Shown piece after piece: positions 54,908-64,000 of a stretch of DNA of 64,000 nucleotides (positions within the stretch are counted from its first letter, which is position 1; each line of letters opens with the position of its first letter). The translations under genes and the position numbers were made by a program. The stretch comes from an uncultured Nitrospinota bacterium (GTDB lineage Bacteria; Tectomicrobia; Entotheonellia; J063; CAVPRW01), in the NCBI GenBank assembly GCA_963707985.1, contig CAVPRW010000017.1, positions 318,879 to 382,878 of the forward strand, read 5' to 3'. The notes under the pieces are model-generated. The model did no database searches and was not told the origin of the DNA. It saw nothing but the letters and a program-made list of their open reading frames with translations.

Positions 54908-55504
54908 GTGCTCGCAGCCCGGTCCGTGAGACAGTTGATTGAAGAACTTATGCGGCTCCCCGGAGTGGGGGAGAAAACCGCTCAGCGGCTGGCCTTTCAT
55001 TTACTCAAGGTACCGAAGCAAGAAGCTGAGGCACTGGCGCTGTCCATCCTCACGGTGAAAGAGAAGATCCACCGCTGCTCGCAGTGCTTCGGCATCACGG
55101 AGGAGGAGCCGTGCCTCATCTGTAGTGATCCCAAGCGTGATCGCATGTTGTTGAGCGTCGTGGAGGAACCCGCCGACATCTTCGCTTTCGAAAAGTTGCG
55201 CGAGTACCACGGCCTCTACCATGTCTTAGGTGGTGCGTTATCACCGCTTGAGGGCGTGGGTCCGGAGGATCTGACGATCTCTCAGCTCTTCACGCGACTG
55301 CGTGCAGGAGAAATCCAGGAAGTGATCATCGCCACGAACCCAAACCTGGAGGGGGAGGCGACGGCGATGTATCTATCTAAGGTCCTCAAGCCCATGGCGG
55401 TCAAAGTCACGCGCTTGGCGCATGGCTTGCCGATTGGAAGTGCCCTGGAGTATGCCGATGAGGTCACATTGCTCAAATCACTCGAGGGACGACGGGAGCT
55501 GTGA
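54908..55504 (+). CDS. recR: Recombination mediator RecR
   Basis: LPGVGEKTAQRLAF, C4 zinc finger, ATNPNLEGEATA, LEYADEVTL. Confidence 0.97.
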   Translation: MLAARSVRQLIEELMRLPGVGEKTAQRLAFHLLKVPKQEAEALALSILTVKEKIHRCSQCFGITEEEPCLICSDPKRDRMLLSVVEEPADIFAFEKLREYHGLYHVLGGALSPLEGVGPEDLTISQLFTRLRAGEIQEVIIATNPNLEGEATAMYLSKVLKPMAVKVTRLAHGLPIGSALEYADEVTLLKSLEGRREL

Positions 55505-55754
55505 GAGGCCAAACGGGGTCGAAAAACTCCCATAAGGCAGGACTACACCGATCATCTCCAAACACATTTAGACGCAACATGTCCACCCGCGCAGGGGGCG
55601 TGCATCAAATCTCTTTGTACGCAAGCATTGGCCGCGGCGAACATGATGTCCTAGATTACTCGTTGCGTTGGATGTCTAGTGATGAGGCACCGGCGGAGCG
55701 GCAACCCCGGAACGAGTGCAGGGTTCTGCTGGATGATTCCTCGCGGATTAAGTC

Positions 55755-55783
55755 TTGTCGAAATATCATCTGCCGCGTATAAT
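55755..55783 (+). promoter_or_regulatory. Sigma70 promoter of tRNA-Asn
   Basis: TTGTCG-N17-TATAAT. Confidence 0.65.
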
Positions 55784-55853
55784 GTGCGAGCATTGCAATG
55801 CGGGAGACAAAGTGGGAATTTCGCTAGCGTCATAAATGCCGAACAGTATTGGT

Positions 55854-55929
55854 TCCCCGGTAGCTCAGTCGGCAGAGCGAGTGGCTGTTAACCACTTGGT
55901 CGCTGGTTCGAGTCCGGCCCGGGGAGCCA
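55854..55929 (+). tRNA. tRNA-Asn(GTT)
   Basis: TCCCCGG/CCGGGGA, AGTGG-ctGTTaa-CCACT, CCA. Confidence 0.96.
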
Positions 55930-57213
55930 GCTTGGACAAAGGCCACTTTCCGCAGGGGAAGTGGCCTTTGTTTGTTGATAGGCCTGATTCGTAACTGCCA
56001 GTAAATCAAAAGGTTTTCGGTACTGCGGGATCAGCTTTCCATCCTTCCACGTCGAGTTCGAACACACGAAATCGAGCAACCTGCGCTTTTCCTGCATCTC
56101 CTGCTTTTCGTAAAGGATGACGGCCTTTTGCGCGAGTTCGAGCAATCGAACGCCCTCCTCCACATAGGTCTCATGGGCCGATTGGTGCTGCTCGATTTTC
56201 TGTAACGTGTCTCGCTGCTCCTTTCGGAAGGCCTCGCTCATCCGATCGAAGTAGTCCTGGGAGATGCCCCCATCTAGTTTATCGATATACATCCTGTCTA
56301 ATCGATCCTGTAGCCTTTGGTATTGCTTCTGAAGCGAAGCGATCATCTCATGATGGTAGCGCCTCGCATCCTGATGGCTTTGTCTCAACGCGGTGGTGAC
56401 CCAGGCCAACACCTCATCATCAAGCTGGATTGCCCGTAACGCCTCACCAAATTGTTCAGCGATCTCTTCCTCGCGCACGTATTTCTCGGGACATCTGCCC
56501 TTGTTGCCGGTGCAATGGTAATAAATGTATCGCCCCTTCTTGATTTCTGCGGTCAGCGCACAACCGCAGTGTCCGCAGGAGAGGAGCCCATGGAACGCCC
56601 AGGTATGTTTTTGCTGCCGGGTCCGACGACGCCCTTTCTCGTCCAACATCTCCTGGACGCGGTCGAAGAGGTCTTGCGACACCATGGGCTCATGGACCCC
56701 ACGATAATATTTGCCCGCCCAAAAAAAGCCGCCGCAATACATGGGATTCGTCAGGATTTTGTGGATACTGCTCTTGGGAACTCCTACCGCTGTTCGGGAC
56801 CTAAACCCTTCTGCCAGAGCCTTTTTCGTCAGCTCCATGAGGGAATAACACCCCGTCGCATACCACTCGAATAGACGACGCACGAATGGAGCCAACTGGG
56901 GATCAGGTTCGATCAACCGCTTCCCATTGGGTCCATCAACATTGCGATATCCCAGGGGCGCGAAGGAGGGATAAATCCCCTGGGCGGCCTTCTCTAACAT
57001 GCCCTTTTGGGTCTCTTCGGAGAGATTATCGATGTAGTTCTTGGCCATCAACACCTTGATGCCATGCATAAACTTCTCAGAGGACCGAGAGTCGTGGGCC
57101 AGTACCACATTTTCCTTGACGAAGTGGATCTCCAGGTCGAGGTCGTCTAACGTCACCCAATCCTTCAGGTTTCGATACAGACGGTCGGTCTTTTCCACTA
57201 GGAGGATGCCGCA
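55888..57213 (-). pseudogene. Large serine recombinase, N-terminally truncated; 3' end overlaps tRNA-Asn
   Basis: VEKTDRLYRN, NLSEETQKGM, APLGY, zinc ribbon CGHCG...YYHC; catalytic YxRVS segment absent. Confidence 0.85.
55936..55975 (+). terminator. Terminator-like hairpin after tRNA-Asn (within recombinase 3' end on opposite strand)
   Basis: ACAAAGGCCACTTTCC-gcag-GGGAAGTGGCCTTTGT then TTGTT. Confidence 0.75.
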
Positions 57214-57221
57214 CATGGGCG

Positions 57222-57473
57222 ATGAACGGCCGGGTTCAGATACTGAAAGACTGGATTGCCAAGGAAGGGCGTAAGCAAACCTGGGTGGCACAGCAGGTTG
57301 GGTATTCTCCTCAGTGGTTAAGCTACGTCCTCAGGGGCAAAAAACCCATGAGTGACAGGTTAGCTGAGGCGTTGCAGAAGAAGCTAGGCGTGCCGCTCAA
57401 TGCCAGATGGCCTGCGCAAAACGGAACCAAGCGGAAGAATGGAGTCAAGAAGCAGACCAGAGCAAAAGCATGA
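57222..57473 (+). CDS. XRE/Cro-type HTH protein
   Basis: KQTWVAQQVGYSPQWLSYVLRGKKP. Confidence 0.75.
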   Translation: MNGRVQILKDWIAKEGRKQTWVAQQVGYSPQWLSYVLRGKKPMSDRLAEALQKKLGVPLNARWPAQNGTKRKNGVKKQTRAKA

Positions 57474-57599
57474 GTAGCCGTGTGGCACTGCACACGGATC
57501 GCGGAGGGAGAGTCTGCGGCACCACGATGTGATAGCCGGCAAAAAGGTATTCTACGGTGCAGAGCCATAAGCTAAGGACAGATGGGAGCGGCAGGGGAC

Positions 57600-59268
57600 A
57601 TGATGACTACTGACAGCATCCTGAACCAACTGACCGAGGGAACCGTCCTCGAAGGTCCGCACTGGACCGAGCCGGTCAAGGTGCTGACGGTGAAGGCTCG
57701 GGGGAGTCGGATCGAGGTTCAGGCCGTCGGCATGCACACCAAGCGTCTCTGGACCAAACTGCTCAAGCCCGAGGAATTCGACGGCGCAATTACGGTGACC
57801 TCTGCTGGTGACCTGGCGGCACTCGACGGCAATCCCACGCACTTCCGACTCGCCGCCGAAGCGCACCGTATCCGCCTGGCGTTCCAGTACGACCCGCATT
57901 TCGCCGTCTCGGTGTCGCAGGTCGATCCGCTGCCGCACCAGATGGATGCAGTCTATACGCATCTGCTCACGCAGCCCCGCATCCGCTTCCTGATCGCTGA
58001 CGATCCCGGTGCAGGCAAGACGATCATGGCGGGGCTGTTGATCAAGGAACTCAAATTCCGGGGCCTGATCGAACGCACACTCATCGTCACGCCAGCCAAC
58101 CTGACGGACCAATGGCGGCGGGAACTGCACGACAAGTTCGGAGAGACGTTCAGCGTCATCAACCGAGCCACCGTCAATGCTGCCTATGGCCGAAACATCT
58201 GGGAAGATACGCCGCAGTGCATCACGTCGGTCGATTTCGTCGCCCGCCAGGACGACATCCTGAATCTGTTGCGTGACGTGCACTGGGATCTGTGCATCGT
58301 GGACGAAGCGCACAAGATGGCGGCCTACCGCTACGGCACAAAGGTCAACAAGACGCAGCGGTACGAGCTAGGCGAATTCCTGCGAGACCACACCGACCAT
58401 TATCTGTTCCTCACGGCCACACCGCATAAAGGCGATCCCGACAACTTCGCCCTGCTGCTGCAACTGCTCGATCAGGACTTGTACGTCAACGGTCAAATTC
58501 TGGCCGAAGCCAGCGCGCGTGACGAAAACCGCATCATGGTCCGCTGGCGCGTACCGCCTCAAGGAGGACATGAAGAAGTTCGACGGCTCGCCGTGCTTCC
58601 CGCCCCGTCACGTTCAAACCTTACCGTACAAGCTCTCGCCCCAGGAATTGACACTCTACAACGCCGTGACGGAGTACGTGCAGCACAATTTCCAGCGAGC
58701 CGAAGCGGCCGAAAACCGCAACGTCGGTCTCGCATTGACCGTATTGCAACGCCGCCTGGCCTCCAGTGTGGCAGCTATCCGGCTGTCACTCGAACGGCGG
58801 CGGAAACGGCTCAAAGACCTGCAAAAGCTCGGCAAGCTCAAGCAGGAATACGGCGAACTGCCCGACGACTTCGACGATCTCACCGAAGCGGAACGCTGGC
58901 AATTCGAAGACGACCTCGTGGAGCGGCTCACGATGGCCGAGAACATGGCCGAGCTTGAAGCCGAGATCGAGGAACTCGAACGCCTGGTCCGACTGGCACG
59001 CCACACAGAGCGGAACGTCACGGAAACAAAGTTCGAGGAACTGCGGGAGGTGCTCTCGCAACACATCTCCGGTCGGGACGAACGGTTGCTCGTTTTCACC
59101 GAACACAAGGACACGCTCGACTTCCTGGTCGACAAGCTCACGAACCTCGGGTTCAAGTGTTGCACGATCCACGGTGGTATGCCGCTGCAGAAACGCATCG
59201 ACGCCGAGCGTGAGTTCTTTGAACACAAGCCCTCGGTGATGGTCGCTACCGAAGCCGCCGGTGAAGGC
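57600..59268 (+). pseudogene. SNF2-family helicase; 10-nt insertion near 58545 and truncated by IS3
   Basis: LPHQ, ADDPGAGKT, VDEAH, LTATPHKG, LQRRLASS, VFTEHKDT, ATEAAGEG then IS. Confidence 0.88.
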
Positions 59269-60521
59269 TATAATGGACCCCGCAAACTGGACCACCCCCC
59301 AAGCAATTTCTACCATAGGTAGCCATCAATAGGGAGGGGTCGATGGAGTCAATGAAACGGACGCAGCATTCCGCCCAGTTCAAAGCGAAGGTGGCGTTGG
59401 AAGCCCTTAAAGGGCACAGCACCGTGAACGAGTTGGCTGCCCGGTATGGGGTCCATCCCGCCCAGATCACGCGATGGAAGCAACAGGTGGAGGCCGGGGT
59501 AGACGCGATCTTCTCCCGCGGCCAGCACAAACGGGCCAGGGAGGACGAGGCTCTCCGAGCCCGGCTCTATCAGGAGATTGGGCAGCTGAAGGTCGAGCGG
59601 GACTGGTTGAAAAGCAAAATTGCCCCCCTTTGAAGCCAAGCGGGCGATGATTGACCGGGGGCATCCTCTGCTCAGCCTCCGGCGGCAGTGTGCGTTGTGT
59701 ACTATGTCCCTGTTCAGGAGCGTGCGGAGAATCTGTGGCTCATGCGCTTGATCAATGAGCAGTACACCCGAACCCCCTTTGATGGCAGTCGGCGGATGAC
59801 GGCCTGGCTACGGGGAGCAGGCTATGCGGTCAACCGCAAGCGGGTGGTGCTACTGATGGGCCAGATGGGCCTGGAGGCGATCTTCCCGAGGCCGCGCCTG
59901 AGCGCACCGGGTCCTGCTGCCAAGGTCTACCCATACTTGCTCCAGGGGTTGGTGATTGACGGGCCCAATCAGGTGTGGGGCACAGACATCACCTATATTC
60001 CAATGCAGCAGGGATTTATGTACTTGGTGGCCATCATGGACTGGTAGAGCCGCTTTGTCCTCTCCTGGGAGCTCTCCAACACGTTGGACGTGGGGTTCTG
60101 CCTGGTGGCTCTGGAAGAGGCCCTGGCACTGGGGAAGCCGCAGATCTTCAACAGCGATCAGGGGGCACAGTTCACGTCTCACACCTGCACCGGGAGGCTG
60201 GAGGAAGCAGGGGTAGCCATCAGTATGGATGGGCGTGGGCGAGTGTTTGACAACATCTTCGTCGAAAGGCTATGGCGCACGGTGAAGTACGAGGACATCT
60301 ACCTTAAGGAATATGGAACAGTGCCGGAGCTGGAAGTCGGACTCGATCACTTCTGGTGGTTCTACAACCACGAGAGGCCGCATCAGGCGTTGCGGTACCA
60401 GACGCCGGCTCAGGTGTATTTTGGCGAGTTGGCCGGCTCGCCACGCCTGAAGGGAGGTGAGAATCTGTCCTAATTTGCTTAGTTCAACGACATCGTGGTC
60501 TTGACAAAGGGGTCCACTATA
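59269..60521 (+). mobile_element. IS3-family element, defective (orfA 59343-59633; orfB with stop at 60045)
   Basis: Imperfect IRs TATAATGGACCCC..GACCAC / GTGGTC..GGGGTCCACTATA; FKAKVALEAL, WGTDITY, NSDQGAQF, DNIFVERLWRTVKYE. Confidence 0.92.
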
Positions 60522-60643
60522 CTCAACGGACCAACCGGTAACGTGATCCTTGTGCTGTGCTTGACAAGAATGGAGCGCCCACTCATATTTACGTTAATCA
60601 ATTAATCAATTTCTTCTTCCCGCTCGTCTTCAGAGGGGCGCTC

Positions 60644-60949
60644 GTGCCAAAGAAGAAACCCTCACCGGTGATCAAGAGTATTCCCGCCGTTATCGTCCGG
60701 ACCCAATTCGGGCACATCATGGAGCGCGCCAGCCACAACCGCGAGCGTTTTCTGGTCACCAAAAAAGGAGAAGCCAAGGCGGTCATCCTCGGGATCGAGG
60801 ATTTTCTCCAGGCGATCGTCAAAACCCCGCAATCCTTGGCCGCACTCCAACAGCAGGCCCAAAAAAGCGGGGTGGATAAGCTCACGCTGGAGGAGATCGA
60901 GCGCGAAATCGTGGCGGTACGCAAGACACCTCCGTCTTCCCAGGCATGA
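60644..60949 (+). CDS. Phd/YefM family antitoxin
   Basis: VRTQFGHIMERA....ERFLVTKKGEAKAVIL; promoter TTGACA-N17-CATATT at 60561-60589. Confidence 0.8.
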   Translation: MPKKKPSPVIKSIPAVIVRTQFGHIMERASHNRERFLVTKKGEAKAVILGIEDFLQAIVKTPQSLAALQQQAQKSGVDKLTLEEIEREIVAVRKTPPSSQA

Positions 60950-61071
60950 CGCTCAAGGTCGTCTATGACACCACTGTCGTGGTGTCTGCCGCACTCAAGC
61001 CCGGCACAGTCACTGTCAAGATACGCCAGTCATCCTACGGCTTGACAGATTCCGTTCATCTGATAATCTGA
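60946..61071 (+). pseudogene. Truncated PIN-domain toxin
   Basis: ATGA overlap; MTLKVVYDTTVVVSAALKPG, then similarity is lost. Confidence 0.65.
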
Positions 61072-61117
61072 CAGCATGTCTACGAAAATACTGACCCCAA
61101 CCATTCGGAGAGCGGTT

Positions 61118-61438
61118 ATGCCCATCAGCAAACTTGGCCAGCGCCGCCAGGTGGTCATTCCCAAAGAGATCTGCGAGGAGCTCGGCCTTCAGGAGGGCGA
61201 CTACCTTGAGGTCACCAGTACCGCCGGCACGGTCGTGATCAAACCCAAAAAGCTCGTCGACGCTGATGACGTGCTCACCCCTGCCCAGCGAGCCGTCATC
61301 GACAAGGGGCTTCGCGAGGCAGAGGAGGACATCAAGGCCGGACGGGTCTATGGACCGTTTGATTCAGTCGACGCCATGCTTCACTCCCTTCATGGAAAGA
61401 AGCAGGCACACAAGTCTAAGCGTTCCTCCCGATCCTAA
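61118..61438 (+). CDS. AbrB/MazE-type antitoxin
   Basis: QVVIPKEICEELGLQEGDYLEV; EDIKAGRVYGPF. Confidence 0.85.
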   Translation: MPISKLGQRRQVVIPKEICEELGLQEGDYLEVTSTAGTVVIKPKKLVDADDVLTPAQRAVIDKGLREAEEDIKAGRVYGPFDSVDAMLHSLHGKKQAHKSKRSSRS

Positions 61439-61683
61439 TGCGGCTTCTCTACACCGAGCGATTCCGAAGAAACTATGCCGCAGCTCCTGCGAGTGTCCGC
61501 CTTGCCTTTGACCGGCGGGCGGCGTTTTTAGCCCAGGATCTCAGGCACCCGTCCTTGCGCTCTAAGAAATACGATGAGGTTCATGACGTCTGGCAGGCCC
61601 GTGTGAACGACGCATGGCGCTTTTATTTCCGGATCGCGGGCGATACCTATATCCTTCTCGATATCACGCGACACCCAAAATAA
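61438..61683 (+). CDS. RelE/ParE-superfamily toxin
   Basis: TAATG coupling; RHPSLRSKK, WQARVNDAWRFYF. Confidence 0.8.
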   Translation: MRLLYTERFRRNYAAAPASVRLAFDRRAAFLAQDLRHPSLRSKKYDEVHDVWQARVNDAWRFYFRIAGDTYILLDITRHPK

Positions 61684-61950
61684 CCCAAGAGAAGGATGGC
61701 TACGCGATTAAGACTCAAAGAAGGTGATACATCCCAGTTTAATAAACGCCTGAAACAGGGGGCGATCCGCCGAGCAGAGCCGGACCGGCAATAAGCGCCA
61801 CTTCCCCACACCGGCATTCGAAGGCACCGCGATGGTGAACCCGGCTGAGTTTGCCCGGATCATTGCCGAACAAGGCATTGGCCAGACGTAAATGTTCTAC
61901 CATGGGCTATACAGTAATAAAACCAGCGACAGCTAAGCAGCAGGGGTTCA

Positions 61951-62766
61951 ATGATTATGACTTCGCGAAACGTCGACAAAGTTAGAGCGTCCCGTGATGG
62001 GCATGAGTTCCATGAAGCGTGGACTGCCCGGAGGGCGATGCAGCTGCTCCTCCCAGACGATGAGCTGGTCGGCATTGGTGTGGAAGGGCTAGAACCTGCA
62101 GATCAAGCTGTCGCGTCATCCGAGACCGTCGAAATCGCCGATATCGCCCTTTACTACGGCAAGAGACCGACTTTCAAACTGGCGGATAAGGTCAACATCG
62201 TTCAGTTCAAATACTCCGTGAGCCGAAGCGACAAAGAATTTCGAGCCAGTGATGCCAAGAAGACGGTAGCCAAATTTGCCGCGGCGTTTCGCGACCATCG
62301 GAAAAACTATGGCGCGAGGCAAGTTCGTGACAAACTGACCTTCGAACTCATCACGAACAGACCTATCTACCCTACGTTTGAGCAAGCGATAAAGGGTCTG
62401 GCCGACGGGAATTCGCTGTCCGGTGAGGTCAGGAAACAGGCGGATCAGTTCATATTGGTTGAATTCGCCGGTAAGTGCCTGATGACGGGTCTTTCAGGAA
62501 ATCTTACTGCCACGAAAAGGGACTTATCCAGGACCTTGGTTGACTGGTCGGCCACCTCTGATGCTGTAGCCAGCGCACGCCTAGGCGCGATGAGGCAGAT
62601 GGTACGCGACAAGGCGGGTCATGCTGGGACGAACGGGAACGTCATCAGACGCACAGACGTGCTTGCTGCTCTTGAAATCGCGGATGTAGACGAACTTTTG
62701 CCTTGCCCAGCCAGTCTTGTCGAGGTTGGCGAACGCGTTGAGCGTGAACAACAGCCAGAGGCGCTA
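61951..62766 (+). pseudogene. N-terminal PD-(D/E)xK nuclease region of Avs3-like (AVAST/STAND) protein, interrupted by IS630
   Basis: RASRDGHEFHEAWTARR, VEG, IADIALYYG, QFKYS, LITNRP. Confidence 0.6.
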
Positions 62767-63990
62767 GTGTCCCTTCAACGCTAAAAATTGGGGTTGCTGA
62801 TTTTGAGGATTGTTGGGAAGCTTCTGAGCACCAGGAGGTTTCCCATGCCCAAGAAGGTCGTTGTCCGTTTGTCGGCTGAAGCGCGTGTGGTCTGTCAGGA
62901 GATCATCAAGCCTCGCCAAGGAGCAGCGCCGAAGGTTCGTCGTGCTCAGATGTGGCTCACAGCGGATGCCGATGGGCCGGGATGGTCGGACGTTAAGATC
63001 GCGGAGGCTTTCAACTGCCGCGTGCAAACGCTCGAGCATCTCCGCACACGCCTGGTGATGGAAGGCTGCGCACGGGTTTGGGCTGGGAAGAAACGCCCGG
63101 AGCCGCCCACGCCCTGCACGCTCGATGGCGAAGCCGCCGCGACGCGGCTCGCCCTGCGGCTGGGGAAGCCGCCTGCAGGGCACGGCCCCTGGACGTTGCC
63201 ACGCCTCGCCGATGCACTGGTGGCCTGGGAAATAGTGGAGGCGAGCCGCGATGAGACGGTCCGCCCGGTGCTAAAAAAACTGGTCTGACCAAGCGGCAGA
63301 TCGAGTCCGGGGTGATTCCGCCGGAGCAAGCCGCCGCGTTCGTGGCCTGTAGGGAAGCAGTGCTCGCAACCTAGGCGAGAGCTGACGATCCGAAGCATCC
63401 CGTGTGGGGCATGGACGAACAGCCGGTCCCGTTGCTTCAGGAGACCCGGGTGCCGATCGCCGCGACGAAGCCGCATGGCCAGCGTGTCGAGGACGCATAC
63501 GAACGCCATGGCACGGCCAGCATGTTCATGGGTGCCGAACCGCTCTCGGCTGTCCGGCAAGCCACCGCCCGCCGACGACGGACCAACGCTGACGGGGCCA
63601 TCGACGTCGCTCACAGGCTGGATACGCGTGATGCCGATCGCGCGGCCGTGACACGCGTGTGCGCCCATCTCACCACGCACACCACAGGAGCGTTTTATGA
63701 CGCGTTCGAACCGGGCCAGGCGCGAGCGTACAGCAAGCGAAGCACCTGCGGTGACACCCCGACACATGGCAGGTGGCTGCAGGTTGCCGAATGCGCACTG
63801 AGCTGCCTGACCAGCCCATGTCTGAGCGACCGCCGGAGCGGTGCCATGATCGACCGGCAAACGGCCATCGCCGTGTGGTCCGACACCACGAATGCCAAAC
63901 CACGCGGGGTGGCCTGGCAGTGCCGTAGCGCAGAGGCCCGTGTGAACCTGAAGCGGCTCTACCCCAAAATGAAGGCTTGAAGGGGCACTA
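62765..63990 (+). mobile_element. IS630-family element, heavily mutated (orfA 62845-63288, orfB to 63980)
   Basis: IRs TAGTGTCCCTTCAA / TTGAAGGGGCACTA with TA duplication; A7 slippery site near 63273; MDEQP; in-frame TAG at 63372. Confidence 0.93.
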
Positions 63991-64000
63991 GGCCTCTATT

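Noticed and set aside
55888..55929. Recombinase C-terminal peptide WLPGPDSNQRPSG as a functional motif
   Set aside because: It is the antisense reading of the tRNA-Asn 3' half at the integration site.
60045..60047. In-frame TAG in IS3 orfB (and at 63372 in IS630) as pyrrolysine or readthrough
   Set aside because: Both sit at Tyr positions in elements with other lesions; simple TAT>TAG mutation explains them.

Overview
Bacterial chromosomal window with moderately high GC. The gene style (LLM/F420 oxidoreductases, DUF1800/DUF1501/NHL genes, a C-terminal-Phe porin) suggests a Ca. Tectomicrobia/Entotheonella-like organism, but this is inference only. Positions 1-51 kb hold mixed metabolic and envelope genes. 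These include TPP riboswitch-thiC, a probable selenocysteine rhodanese, an EndoU nuclease/immunity-like pair, a Fur gene with a Fur box ahead of DUF1800-DUF1501-NHL, peptide ABC permeases and an octaheme-TPR cytochrome. Many gene fragments and five single-base frameshifts are interspersed. Positions 51.6-55.9 kb are a core locus: four tRNA-Ser, an unusual tRNA-Arg(GCG), a large Alu-type SRP RNA, dnaX-ybaB-recR and tRNA-Asn. From 55.9 kb to the end is a decayed defence-type island at tRNA-Asn, with a truncated serine recombinase, XRE protein, SNF2 helicase, TA modules, an Avs3-like nuclease N-terminus, IS3 and IS630. The most striking signal is that IS copies, above all the IS630, differ from their conserved family motifs almost entirely by A>C/T>G changes, while the genes they interrupt look unmutated. 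This may be transposon-directed hypermutation. All family assignments come from motif recognition, not database searches.
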